Shown: positions 8,311 to 18,055, counted from the first letter of the stretch. The stretch is DNA of 64,000 nt from Polyangiaceae bacterium (GCA_050287085.1 JBNKBE010000009.1:1-64000), one strand, 5' to 3'. Numbers and translations: made by a program. Notes: generated by a model from the sequence alone, not told the origin.

Positions 8311-10013
8311 TGTGCTGTCGGGGGTGAAGGGGGTTTGCTATCCGCACCGTGGTCGACACCCACCACATGAGTCCAGGCCTCGGTGACGCTCCAATCGTCA
8401 GCCACGTGCGGGGTGTGGTGGCACTTTTGGCAAACACTCGGCTCTGGGCGCAGCGTGATAGCACCTTCTCCCTCTGACTGTGCGTGGAGCGAGCCGGCTC
8501 CGTGGCAGACCTCGCATTGAACGTCTTTGAGCTTGTCTACGTACGTCACGGTCGAGCCGCCCGGCTGTTCGTAGCCGGTCACATGACAGCTCACGCAATC
8601 CAGATTGAATTCCTTGTGGTCGACGGACAGCGTCTCATAGGCCTTCGCGTGCCCCGTCTTCTTCCAGAAGCCATAGGCCTCCGCATGGCATTCCTGGCAG
8701 GCTTCTGCGCCGACGAAGACAGCTTGACCCGGTGCCGCCGGTTTCGGCTTCCTGTCCTTGAACTTCTCCCGATTGAAGTCGTTTACGCGCTTGTAGTAGG
8801 AAGCGAGTCGCTCGTGGACATCCGGATCTTCACCCGCGCCTTCTCTCACCTCCTGCAGTTGATACTTGAAGAAGCTACCCTGCCTTGGTGCGACTGGACT
8901 GCTGAGCGAGCCCAGTTCTTGACGCAAGCGCACAAGCTCTGTCTCGCGAGCAGCCAGATCCTCTTTGGCAAGCGTTGCATCGGCACGCCACACGCCCAAA
9001 CGCCCAGTCAGCTCCGCGATGCGGTGCTGCAAACTATCGCGCTGCTCTTGACGCTCAAGCCCCGTCGCGTCCGCGAAGTCGAACGAATCCCCGCGCACAA
9101 AGAGATCTACCACCCCGAGGCCTTGTAGATGATTGGGCCCCTGTACCACCAGCGTCTTGCCCACGACCACCGGGGGTGAGGGGGCGTCATTACCCTCCCC
9201 ACTGTCGGCGGGCTTGCCAACAACGAAGATATGAAATCCGGGGACGCGTTCCGCGAGGCGAAGCGCTTCCCCTCTCGGAGCCGCCACGAGGGCGATCCGC
9301 AGGGCAGCTCCGCGCCGCTCGAGCTCCGACAGCGCGCGCTCGAGCGAGTCGACCATCGGCTGCACCTGGACGCCTTTCGGAGCCATACCCCGGTACTTGG
9401 GTTGGCTCACCCCGGCCAAACCGATCTGAAGCGTCCCCCGCTTCAGCAGCATGACCCCCGGGCCTCCTAGGTCCAGATTCGATGCCAGGGGCAACGCGCC
9501 GGCCTCGCGGGCGAGCCGCATGAGTTCATCCTGTCCGGCGGCAAAATCGTTTGCTCCGGGCGCCCAAGCGGCAAACTTCAAGCGTCCGAGGCCAGCGGCA
9601 AGGCTTTCCGCTTTCCACAGCTCCTGCTCACGACTCGCGGCCCCCAGCTCAGGATTGAGGAAAAGCAGCGGGCCCGCCCCCACGAACAACTGCATGGGCG
9701 CCTCAGCCTCTCCTTTTTTCATCAGCGCAGCCGCGTGGTCAATGCCACCCAACATGTCCTTGCGACACCCACACGGCTCGATTGCACCGGCCAAAGTGGA
9801 CGCCAGATACAATCGAAGCGTCGGCTGCCTGGGGACCTCGGGGGTGCGGGAGCGACGGCAACCGAGAGCGATCAAAGCGATAGCAGTGAAGAGCGCGAGC
9901 AACATGGGAGCGCGGCCAAACCATGACCAACGCTCCCGCGCGAGCCGCCGGCGCCCAGCGAAGCGCTCACAAGGGCGCTGCCGCTCGGGGCTGAGAGAAG
10001 AGTGAACACGCAT
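8307..10013 (-). CDS. Lipoprotein with UshA/metallophosphoesterase-like domain, coiled coil and tetraheme c (c554-like) domain
   Basis: Lipobox LIALGC; GAIEPCGC...LGG; four CxxCH (CQECH, CVSCH, CEVCH, CQKCH); start could be 9905. Confidence 0.85.
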   Translation of the reverse strand: MRVHSSLSPERQRPCERFAGRRRLARERWSWFGRAPMLLALFTAIALIALGCRRSRTPEVPRQPTLRLYLASTLAGAIEPCGCRKDMLGGIDHAAALMKKGEAEAPMQLFVGAGPLLFLNPELGAASREQELWKAESLAAGLGRLKFAAWAPGANDFAAGQDELMRLAREAGALPLASNLDLGGPGVMLLKRGTLQIGLAGVSQPKYRGMAPKGVQVQPMVDSLERALSELERRGAALRIALVAAPRGEALRLAERVPGFHIFVVGKPADSGEGNDAPSPPVVVGKTLVVQGPNHLQGLGVVDLFVRGDSFDFADATGLERQEQRDSLQHRIAELTGRLGVWRADATLAKEDLAARETELVRLRQELGSLSSPVAPRQGSFFKYQLQEVREGAGEDPDVHERLASYYKRVNDFNREKFKDRKPKPAAPGQAVFVGAEACQECHAEAYGFWKKTGHAKAYETLSVDHKEFNLDCVSCHVTGYEQPGGSTVTYVDKLKDVQCEVCHGAGSLHAQSEGEGAITLRPEPSVCQKCHHTPHVADDWSVTEAWTHVVGVDHGADSKPPSPPTAH

Positions 10014-10124
10014 CAGATCGCTTCCAACCTAGCACCCGCGACTCACTTCGCGCCCGCTGGGCGCCCCGCTGCCACGGCGGGAACGGCATTGTGCATCGCG
10101 CAGGAAAAGTCCAGACTGCCACGC

Positions 10125-11354
10125 GTGCTCGGCTACCGCACTCTTAGGGCGCTCAGCCGAGAGGGTGCCGCCCAAACCCTACGTGGACCGCTGCTCCCCT
10201 GGCTCCTGGGGCTTGTGGCGCTCTGCTGCGTGCGCGAGGTCAGCCCCCCCAAGGTGGACGAGCTCGAACTCGCCCCGGCGGAGGCTTGGGGCGTCTACGG
10301 GGAACGCGCCATCGTGACCACACCCCAAGGGCAGTCCGCCCCACTAGGCTCCGAGGCGACCTGGGGCTGCGGCGCGCCGAATCCCGGCCTTTCGCAGGCA
10401 GCCAAACGGCTAGCCGAATGGTGCCTTCGCTACCAGCAAAGCCCCGACACCGACGCCATCGTCACAAGTCTTCGCCGGAGTGGGGTTCCCTACGTATGGC
10501 CCACGGCGTCCACCGTGTTCACACGTCTCCCCGCTGCTCCGCAGGCGCCGGGGCAGCCGCTCCGCGCGGGCGAAATCTGCGGCTCCGGCCGGGCTAGTGG
10601 CGCCTCTGGGACATGGTGGGTACGCCTCAGCACCGTGCCCGAAGCCAGCCTCGCCCCGCTGCCGCTGCAGCCACGAGTAGGAGAACCCTTGCGCTTCCTC
10701 GCAGAGTTGAGCCACCCCGCGCGCGCGGCACAAGTGCTCTTGCAACCTCCGCAGGGCGAATCCTACGCGGTTCCGAGCCACTTTGATGGGCGCCGTGTCC
10801 GCACTCATCTTGTGTTGCCCACGCGCGGGCCGTGGCAAATCCAGGTACTCGCCGACTTCGCCGACGGACCTCGGCCCGTGTTGGAAGCCCAGCTCTACGT
10901 GGACACCGAGCTGCCGCAGCTCCGCCCGCCCGGAGCGGGCCCTAAGGCCCCCGCTTCGGCACCAGACTTGCGCGACATCGAGGACGTGATGGAACGCCTC
11001 AATGAAGACCGACACTCAGCGCAGCGCCCCCCCCTCAAGACCCATAGGACGCTGCAGCAGCTCGCCGCAAGGCACGCCCTGGAGCTGGCCCGGGCGGGGC
11101 GGCTCGCCCACGATCTGGGCCAAGGAGGGCCCGTCGAGCGCCTCAGACATGCGCTGCCGGAGGCTCGGCACGTGGGCGAAAACCTCGCGAGCGGCTCGTC
11201 CCTCGAAGGGGCGCATCAGGCGCTGTGGAACAGCCCCGCACATCGCCAGAATCTACTCGACCGGCGCTTCACCCACGGCGGGATAGGCATCGCCTTTGGC
11301 CCGGACGATCGCCTTTGGCTCTGCGAGCTCTACGCTGAGCTGCCCAACGAATGA
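10125..11354 (+). CDS. CAP (SCP/Tpx-1) domain lipoprotein
   Basis: C-terminal LNEDR...AARHA...LAH...GENLA...WNSPAHRQNLL...GIG; GTG at 10125 chosen from promoter spacing (ORF open from 10002). Confidence 0.85.
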   Translation: MLGYRTLRALSREGAAQTLRGPLLPWLLGLVALCCVREVSPPKVDELELAPAEAWGVYGERAIVTTPQGQSAPLGSEATWGCGAPNPGLSQAAKRLAEWCLRYQQSPDTDAIVTSLRRSGVPYVWPTASTVFTRLPAAPQAPGQPLRAGEICGSGRASGASGTWWVRLSTVPEASLAPLPLQPRVGEPLRFLAELSHPARAAQVLLQPPQGESYAVPSHFDGRRVRTHLVLPTRGPWQIQVLADFADGPRPVLEAQLYVDTELPQLRPPGAGPKAPASAPDLRDIEDVMERLNEDRHSAQRPPLKTHRTLQQLAARHALELARAGRLAHDLGQGGPVERLRHALPEARHVGENLASGSSLEGAHQALWNSPAHRQNLLDRRFTHGGIGIAFGPDDRLWLCELYAELPNE

Positions 11355-11476
11355 AAGTCGCGCTGCCGCTACCAAGCTAGCGGTCCGGGTTGCGAGCCGC
11401 CCAAAAAGCCATCGCGCCCTGGCGGGCCCGCAGTTGACGCTTCAAATCCCGGGCCTGCTCGGGCTAGGTTTGCCTC

Positions 11477-13342
11477 ATGCGCATCCGCTGTTCCGATGAC
11501 GGTGTCCATTCCAGGATAGAATCGAGTTTCGCTCCCACAAGCAGGGCTTCTGCTGCCTCCGGGCAAGAGGTGCCTAGCCTCGCTCCCCTGAGCCCGTTTC
11601 GAGCACGCCTTTCGAGCGCGCTTCGGCGCGCCGCTCCGACGGCGCTGATCGCTTCTGTGGCTGCACTCGCCAACACATGGGCGACGCCTGCCCTCGCACA
11701 AGATAGAGGCTTCTATCTCGATCGCGCTCAGATCTCGGGTGCACCCGACGATCCCTTCATGACCTGGCGTCCTTATTTCTCGAACGACGCCCGCTTCTAC
11801 GGCTCAGCAACACTCGGCTACTCTCTCAACCCGCTGCGCATCGACACGCTCGTCGACGATCAGCAGATCGAGGACCGCTATGATGCCGTATTCGGAACTC
11901 AACTGATCGCGTACCTCGGAGCCGGATTGCAGATCAACCGCCGCGTTGGCCTGGACGTCATGTTGCCAATCGCCATCGTGAGCTCTGGTGGCGAGGACCC
12001 AGCCGCAGATGACGTCGGCAACGGCACAGAGCGAGGCGCAGGAGTCTTTGATACTCGCGCCTCATTGCGCTTCCTCGCATACGAATCCGACGACAAGAAG
12101 CTCCGCTGGGGTGGTGGTGGTGCGCTGTTCTTCCCCACCGGAAACGCCATTCGGTACACCGGTGACCACGAAACAACGTCCTGGATTTTCACAAATCTGG
12201 AAATGCACACGGGCGACGCGATGTTCCTCGTAATGGTTGGTCCCCAATTCCGACCCACGCGCGGCCCCAACCCTTCGACCCTGCAGGCCGGCAACGAGCT
12301 GCGCTACTCGGTCGGTGGCTTCCTGCCCATCTACGATGAACGAACGAGCGCGGGTCTCGAAGTGTGGGGCCAAACCGGCCTCCACGATGTCGAGTCGGTG
12401 AACAACGGCCAGGTCAACACCGAGTTCGCCCTCACGCGACTCGAAAACAATTCCCTGGAGTGGCTGCTTCAGTTCCGCCGTGACCTTGGAGACCAAGAGC
12501 CCAAGTCTTGGTACTTCCAAGCGGGTGGCGGCACTCTATTGCTCCCCGGTTACGGCGCCGCAACAGTGCGCCTACTGGCTCAGGTCGGCGGTCATCTGTG
12601 GGTCAAGGACATCGGTCCGGACGACACCAAGCCGAGACGCCGCAGCGGCGATCACACCCCGCTCGAGCCAGAGCCCGATCAAGACAAGGACGGATTCCCG
12701 GACGCCATTGACCAATGTCCGACGATCAAGGAGGACGGCAAACCGCCGTTCCCGGACGATGGTTGCCCGGACCTCGACCAAGACGACGACGGCATCCCAG
12801 ACAAGATCGACAAGTGTCCAACGGTCAAGGAGGACAAGGACGGCATCGAGGATGAAGATGGCTGTCCAGAAGATGACGCCGACAAAGACGGAATCCTGGA
12901 CGTTGACGACGCTTGTCCGCTGGTCAAGGGAATCAAACACGACAACCCGAAGAAGAATGGCTGCCCTCCGGAGCCCAAGAAGATCGTCGTCACCCAGGAC
13001 GCCGTCGAGCTGCTTGAACCTGTCCAGTTCGCCTACAACGACTCGCGGATTCTGCCCGAAAGCTTCGAGTTGCTCGACGAGGTCTACGACCTGATGCGCA
13101 GTCGGCCCGGCATGCGTCTAGGAATCTACGGCCACACCGACAATCAGGGCGCGGCGGCCTACAATCTCAGTCTTTCCAAACGTCGCGCGGCTTCGGTCGT
13201 GAAGTACTTGGTCGACAAGGGCGTCTCCGCCGAACTGCTGGAATCCGAAGGATTCGGCCTCGAAAAACCCATTGCTCCGAACGATACCGAGGCTGGACGA
13301 GCCAAGAATCGGCGCGTGGAGTTCAAGATCCTGAAGCAGTAA
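11477..13342 (+). CDS. OmpA-family protein with beta-barrel, TSP3 Ca-binding repeats and OmpA_C (TraB-like architecture)
   Basis: DQDKDGFPDAIDQCP-type repeats; GHTD...YNLSLSKRRAASV...NRRVEF. Confidence 0.92.
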   Translation: MRIRCSDDGVHSRIESSFAPTSRASAASGQEVPSLAPLSPFRARLSSALRRAAPTALIASVAALANTWATPALAQDRGFYLDRAQISGAPDDPFMTWRPYFSNDARFYGSATLGYSLNPLRIDTLVDDQQIEDRYDAVFGTQLIAYLGAGLQINRRVGLDVMLPIAIVSSGGEDPAADDVGNGTERGAGVFDTRASLRFLAYESDDKKLRWGGGGALFFPTGNAIRYTGDHETTSWIFTNLEMHTGDAMFLVMVGPQFRPTRGPNPSTLQAGNELRYSVGGFLPIYDERTSAGLEVWGQTGLHDVESVNNGQVNTEFALTRLENNSLEWLLQFRRDLGDQEPKSWYFQAGGGTLLLPGYGAATVRLLAQVGGHLWVKDIGPDDTKPRRRSGDHTPLEPEPDQDKDGFPDAIDQCPTIKEDGKPPFPDDGCPDLDQDDDGIPDKIDKCPTVKEDKDGIEDEDGCPEDDADKDGILDVDDACPLVKGIKHDNPKKNGCPPEPKKIVVTQDAVELLEPVQFAYNDSRILPESFELLDEVYDLMRSRPGMRLGIYGHTDNQGAAAYNLSLSKRRAASVVKYLVDKGVSAELLESEGFGLEKPIAPNDTEAGRAKNRRVEFKILKQ

Positions 13343-13446
13343 CTGACCAAAAACGCAGGCTCCTAACCGCGGGCCGACCGTAAGCGACGGCCTGTCGGCG
13401 GCGCTGCTTGCGGTGGCCCGAGACGGGTGGTATCTGCTCGCCCGCT

Positions 13447-13614
13447 ATGCGTGACAACATTCGCCTGGTATCGTCCGCGGGTACCGGCTTCATCTACTAC
13501 ACGACCAAGAACAAGCGCACCCAGCAAGGGAAGCTCGAGCTGAAGAAATACGACCCTGTCGTACGTCAGCACGTTCTGTTCAAGGAGGCCAAGATGCCTC
13601 CGCACAGCAAGTAA
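13447..13614 (+). CDS. rpmG: 50S ribosomal protein L33 (Cys-free form)
   Basis: [24 protein letters not shown]...[19 protein letters not shown]. Confidence 0.97.
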   Translation: MRDNIRLVSSAGTGFIYYTTKNKRTQQGKLELKKYDPVVRQHVLFKEAKMPPHSK

Positions 13615-13683
13615 TCACCTCCGAGCGAACCGCCAAGGTTCGTTCGGCTCTTCCAACTCCGTCGCCCCCAGCGACGACCACCT

Positions 13684-13715
13684 GCACGCGCGTCGAGCCT
13701 CGGCGCGCGTGTTTT
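13684..13715 (+). terminator. Hairpin with T-tract between rpmG and rpmH
   Basis: CACGCGCGTCGAG-CC-TCGGCGCGCGTG followed by TTTT. Confidence 0.5.
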
Positions 13716-13737
13716 ACGCTTCTGTATAGAGGGCCCC

Positions 13738-13890
13738 ATGAAACGCACCTACCAGCCCCACAACGTCAGCCGCGTGCGCACGCACGGTTTCCGCAAGCGC
13801 CTCTCCACCTCGGGTGGTCGCAAAGTGCTCAAGAACCGTCGTCAGCGAGGACGCTGGCGGCTCGCTGTGACGGGCAACAACAAGAAATAG
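13738..13890 (+). CDS. rpmH: 50S ribosomal protein L34 (50 aa; absent from the ORF track)
   Basis: Translated by hand: [50 protein letters not shown]. Confidence 0.97.
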   Translation: MKRTYQPHNVSRVRTHGFRKRLSTSGGRKVLKNRRQRGRWRLAVTGNNKK

Positions 13891-14044
13891 GGTTCCGCAC
13901 GCGGCCGGCTTCGTCTGGCAGCACGTCGATTGCAACGGAGGCGACAAGCTGAAAGGAGTTTCTCCAGGTCTTGTCGCCCTTCGGCTTTCGACTCACTGCC
14001 GAGCGGATGAGCAGGTAGCCCGGATCGAGAGTGCAGCGTCTCCG

Positions 14045-14488
14045 ATGGACCAGTCCAGCAAGGGATCAGCGCGGGTAAGCGTCCCGGCGCGAGCGGGCGA
14101 AGTATTCCCTCCGTCACGCCGGCTGCGCAAACGCCGAGAGTTCCAGTGGGTGCAGGCGCGTGGCGAGCGAGTGCGCACGCCCCATTGCATTTTGCTCCTC
14201 CGTTCCCCACAGCAGCCGTCGATGACATCCCGAATAGGCATTACGGTGACTCGCAAAGTGGGGTGTGCGGTGCTCCGCAGTCGCGCCAAGCGAATAGTAC
14301 GCGAAGCCTTCCGGAGTACACGGCAAGCTCTGTGGCAGGTCCCCTTGGATCTGGTTGTCATCATCCGCCACATGGACCCAGCGCTGAAGGCCCAAGACAT
14401 CGCGCGAGAGTGGCTGTCGGTGGAGCGAAGAATCCAACGCGCTGCGAGCGCCTGTCTGCAGGCTCCGGGCCTGGAGGCGATTCGGTGA
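14045..14488 (+). CDS. rnpA: Ribonuclease P protein component
   Basis: RRLRKRREF, RIGITVTRKVGCAVLRSRAKRIVRE (RNR-motif variant); synteny. Confidence 0.93.
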   Translation: MDQSSKGSARVSVPARAGEVFPPSRRLRKRREFQWVQARGERVRTPHCILLLRSPQQPSMTSRIGITVTRKVGCAVLRSRAKRIVREAFRSTRQALWQVPLDLVVIIRHMDPALKAQDIAREWLSVERRIQRAASACLQAPGLEAIR

Positions 14489-14790
14489 TGCTGTCTCAGC
14501 CTTTGCTCTGGTTGATCGCGGCCTACCGTCGCTTCGTCTCGCCACTTACGGGCGATTGCTGTCGCTTTGAACCCTCGTGTTCCCGCTACGGGCAGGCGTG
14601 TATTCACCACCACGGCGGGGTACGCGGCTCGTGGTTGACGTTGAAGCGGTTGCTGCGCTGCAATCCGCTGTTTCGAGGCGGCTACGATCCGCCCCCGGTT
14701 CCCGCGGCCGTGGCGGAGCGCTACGCAGAGCCGGACTGGCAGCGCATAAGCGCCCTATCCGCCTCCCCCACCGCGGAGAAAACCTCTTGA
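14488..14790 (+). CDS. yidD: Membrane protein insertion efficiency factor YidD
   Basis: YRRFVSP...CRFEPSCSRY...RLLRCNPLFRGGYDP; TGATG overlap with rnpA. Confidence 0.95.
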   Translation: MLSQPLLWLIAAYRRFVSPLTGDCCRFEPSCSRYGQACIHHHGGVRGSWLTLKRLLRCNPLFRGGYDPPPVPAAVAERYAEPDWQRISALSASPTAEKTS

Positions 14791-14839
14791 GCGCGCAACG
14801 TCGCGCGCTCCGCATCGCATTCCAGAAAGCCTCCCTCAC

Positions 14840-16627
14840 GTGAACTCCCTCGGAAGCGTTCTACGCTTCGTTTTCATCGCCGCCTCGGCTCTACTTCTTT
14901 TTTCCTGGTTTTCGGGAAAAGAGGAACAGGGTGCGAGTTCGAGCCTGAAGTCCCCTTCCTATGCGCTACCGGCCGCACGCAAGCCATATGAGTTTTGTGA
15001 GCTGCAAACCGGTGAATTCTGGGCCCAGCTGACGACTCGGGGAGCTGTGCTGCGACACTTCGAGCTGCGCACCCCCAAATACCAGAAGGCGGGCAAGCCG
15101 CTCGACGTTTCAACGACCCCGCAGCCAGGCACTACTCCCGGAACCCCCAGCGAAATGAATCCGGCGGCCCCCGGGGATCACGAGTTTCGCCAGCAGCTAT
15201 TTGTCAACTTCCGCAACGTCACCTCGCCAGGCGTCACCGGCGACGAACAGTGGAATTTGGCCTACGACAGCGTGGACTGGGAGCTCACCGCCGGGAACGC
15301 CAATGAATGCGTCTTCCGCTATCAGGACGAGCAGGTCGCCCTCGAGAAGCGAGTCGCGACGACCGGGCGACCCTACGAGCTAAAGGTCGACTTCAGCATC
15401 GTCAATCGGAGCGCTAACCGACTCGATCATGCTGCCAATATTGACACCGTCGCGTGGTGGAAGAACGAAGACGTCGAAGGCAAGATGTTTCGCGTCAGCC
15501 CGTACGTCACCGATGTGGAATGTGTCGCCGAAACCGGCGAAGCCGTCCGCAAGCGCCCAGACGACTTCGACGATAGCTCTTTGTCTGAGCCGGAGTTCGC
15601 CGCCGCCGGACAATACGGCTGGTATCAGGCCAAAGCTGCCCCAGCTATTGCCGCTGTCTCGAACGCATACTTCACGCACGCGTTGTCCCCGCTCGGCAAC
15701 GCCTCGGGAGAAGTCTGCCAGCTTCAGATCGAGAAGCGGGGGCAACATTCAGCCACCCCCGGCGCGTTCTACCGCGCGCGTCTAGCCTACCCGAAAGCGC
15801 AACTCGCGCCAGGTGAGAGCGCGAAGTATTCAGTCGTTACCTACGTTGGACCGAAGGAGCGCAAGGTGCTCGCAGAGGCCGCGGGCGGCCAGCACCAGTT
15901 CCTCGAACTCATCGATCTCGGTTTCTTTTCCTCGATCGCGAAAGTGCTCGTTTCGTTCCTGCTCGCTGTCTACGGCTACGTTCATAGCTGGGGTATCGCG
16001 ATCATCATTCTGACGGTCTGCGCCCGCTTGCTCCTCTTCCCGCTCTCGCTTCCTGGCATCCGCACGATGATCAAGATGCGTGAGCTCAAGCCTGAGATGG
16101 ACGCCATCAACGAGAAGTATGGCGACGACGCGCGGGCCAAAGGGCTCGCGCAGATGGAACTCTGGCGCAAACACGGGATGAGCCCGTTCGATCAGGTCAA
16201 GGGATGCCTGCCCCAGCTGGCCACTATGCCCGTGTGGTTTGCCCTGTACACCACGCTCCAAACAGCGGTGGAGCTCTACAACATACCATTCCTGTGGTTC
16301 CCGGATCTCTCCGAGCCAGATCCCTACTTCATTCTTCCGATCATTATCGGCGGGACCTTCTTCTTGCAGCAGAAGCTGGCCCCAATGCAGGGTGATCCAG
16401 CGCAACGCAAGATGATGATGTACTTCATGCCGGGCATGTTCACGGTATTCATGTTGTTTCTGCCGGCAGGCCTCGGAGTCTATATGTTCACCAACAGCCT
16501 GCTAGCCATCGGCCAACAGCAAGTGGTGGAGCTCCAGGCGCGGAAATCCAAAGGAGGGCTCGTCGTCAGCGAGGTGGACAACACGAGCCCCAAAGAAGCC
16601 AATTCAAAGCGCAGGCGGAAGGCCTAG
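14840..16627 (+). CDS. yidC: Membrane protein insertase YidC
   Basis: YVGPK, DLGFF, WGIAIIILT, GCLP, DLSEPDPYFILP, PAGLGVY. Confidence 0.97.
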   Translation: MNSLGSVLRFVFIAASALLLFSWFSGKEEQGASSSLKSPSYALPAARKPYEFCELQTGEFWAQLTTRGAVLRHFELRTPKYQKAGKPLDVSTTPQPGTTPGTPSEMNPAAPGDHEFRQQLFVNFRNVTSPGVTGDEQWNLAYDSVDWELTAGNANECVFRYQDEQVALEKRVATTGRPYELKVDFSIVNRSANRLDHAANIDTVAWWKNEDVEGKMFRVSPYVTDVECVAETGEAVRKRPDDFDDSSLSEPEFAAAGQYGWYQAKAAPAIAAVSNAYFTHALSPLGNASGEVCQLQIEKRGQHSATPGAFYRARLAYPKAQLAPGESAKYSVVTYVGPKERKVLAEAAGGQHQFLELIDLGFFSSIAKVLVSFLLAVYGYVHSWGIAIIILTVCARLLLFPLSLPGIRTMIKMRELKPEMDAINEKYGDDARAKGLAQMELWRKHGMSPFDQVKGCLPQLATMPVWFALYTTLQTAVELYNIPFLWFPDLSEPDPYFILPIIIGGTFFLQQKLAPMQGDPAQRKMMMYFMPGMFTVFMLFLPAGLGVYMFTNSLLAIGQQQVVELQARKSKGGLVVSEVDNTSPKEANSKRRRKA

Positions 16628-16661
16628 TTCCGCACGCGCGCAAACCAAGAAGGCAACTGTC

Positions 16662-17267
16662 ATGAACGAATCGACAGACAACGAGTTGGACTCTGCACCG
16701 CAGACGGCCGACGGTGAAAATAGGAGTCCGGAGGGGGAAGAGCAGAAGCGCAAGCGGCGTCGGAAGCGGAAAGTCCGGCGTCCAAGTTGCGAACCTCAGG
16801 ATGAGGTCACGGCCAAGGTACTGGACTTCGTCACAGACGTTGTCGAGAACATGGGACTGGACTGCCGTGTCACACTCCGCCCACCAAAAGACGACGAGGA
16901 CCGCGACATCAACATCGATATCGCGGGTCCGGACTCGAGCCACATCATCGGCAAGAAGGGCCAGACGCTGGCTGCGCTGCAGTTTCTAGCCAACCGCGCC
17001 ATCAACCGCCCGACGGGCGAACGGCGCTACGTCTCGGTCGACGCTGAAGGCTATCGGAGCCGACGAGACGACTCCCTCGCTCAGATGGCCACCCGTCTGG
17101 GTCAGCAAGCTATTGCCGAGGGCAAAGTTATTACCTTCGAACCGATGTCCCCGCGCGATCGCCGTATCGTTCACATGGCCCTCGTAGATATCGATGGTGT
17201 GGTCACTCGCAGCGATGGCGAGGGTGACGGCCGACGCGTGCAGATCATTCCGGTACGAGCCGACTGA
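16662..17267 (+). CDS. jag: Jag/KhpB RNA-binding protein (KH + R3H)
   Basis: IIGKKGQTLAALQ, DAEGYR, PMSPRDRRIVH; synteny after yidC. Confidence 0.93.
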   Translation: MNESTDNELDSAPQTADGENRSPEGEEQKRKRRRKRKVRRPSCEPQDEVTAKVLDFVTDVVENMGLDCRVTLRPPKDDEDRDINIDIAGPDSSHIIGKKGQTLAALQFLANRAINRPTGERRYVSVDAEGYRSRRDDSLAQMATRLGQQAIAEGKVITFEPMSPRDRRIVHMALVDIDGVVTRSDGEGDGRRVQIIPVRAD

Positions 17268-17368
17268 CTGCAGACGGCAGAACCGGTTTGGCGCGCCGTC
17301 AAACCAGCTCCACTCCGCGGCATGCTTTCAGTCGCTCGCGGAGTGGACGCGGAGCATAGCTGCAGCCG

Positions 17369-18055
17369 TCAATCGGGCTCGGGCCCAGGGTCAACCCCGC
17401 TCGCCGGCGACCATTCGGCAAGCTCCGATACGAGCTGCCCAAGCCAAGCCGCGGAGTCACGACCAACCCGCTCCCAGGTTGCGAGTGTCCAGTCGAGCAC
17501 GGCGCTGTGATGTCGTACATCGAGCTGCAAGCGCGGTCGGCCTTGAAGAATTCGAAACAGCCGGTCCGTCACGCCGGAGGCGGTGCACGGCGCCGGGCTG
17601 TTGGACGCGCCGAGCGCAGACAACAATGACGTCCACGCCGCCGCCTCAGCCGGCGAGAGCGACGAGTCCAGCAGCAGCTCGCGGCCTGCCTGCAACGCCC
17701 CCCGATACCAGTCAGACACTGACTTGCGTCGTTGCAAGTGCGCGTCCAGGATCAACTCCACCCCCACGTGCGCCACTGCGCGGGACGGACCACGGGGAAC
17801 GCCCGCTCGATCCAAGTAGCTTCCGGCGATACGGCGATGATGCTGAAAGAATTGCCCCTGATGAAACAGCTCATCGGTGGCGTGGTGCAGTGCCACCCCA
17901 ACGGCCGTGGCCTCGCACGAGGGCGGTCGCACTCGTCCGTCCAGGATGGTCACGAAGTCGGGCAACATAGAGCCGAACGCGACGCGCTCTGGGGCCGCAT
18001 GAGACCGCTGGGTTAGCCACGCCGCTGCCACGGCACAATGGCCCAGGTAGTTCAA
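17369..18055 (-). CDS. ACP phosphodiesterase (AcpH)-like HD-fold protein
   Basis: MNYLGH, GSMLPDF, GVALHHATDELFH, HVGVELILD; SD GGAGG before TTG. Confidence 0.65.
   Translation of the reverse strand: MNYLGHCAVAAAWLTQRSHAAPERVAFGSMLPDFVTILDGRVRPPSCEATAVGVALHHATDELFHQGQFFQHHRRIAGSYLDRAGVPRGPSRAVAHVGVELILDAHLQRRKSVSDWYRGALQAGRELLLDSSLSPAEAAAWTSLLSALGASNSPAPCTASGVTDRLFRILQGRPRLQLDVRHHSAVLDWTLATWERVGRDSAAWLGQLVSELAEWSPASGVDPGPEPD

Noticed and set aside
9760..9785. Selenocysteine in the UshA-like CxC motif
   Set aside because: Both Cys codons are TGT; no in-frame TGA
13918..13935. Sigma54 promoter-like CAGCACGTCGATTGCA before rnpA
   Set aside because: The invariant -24 GG is AG
14146..14790. 214-aa ORF as an extended YidD
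   Set aside because: Similarity starts at ATG 14488; the upstream part overlaps rnpA
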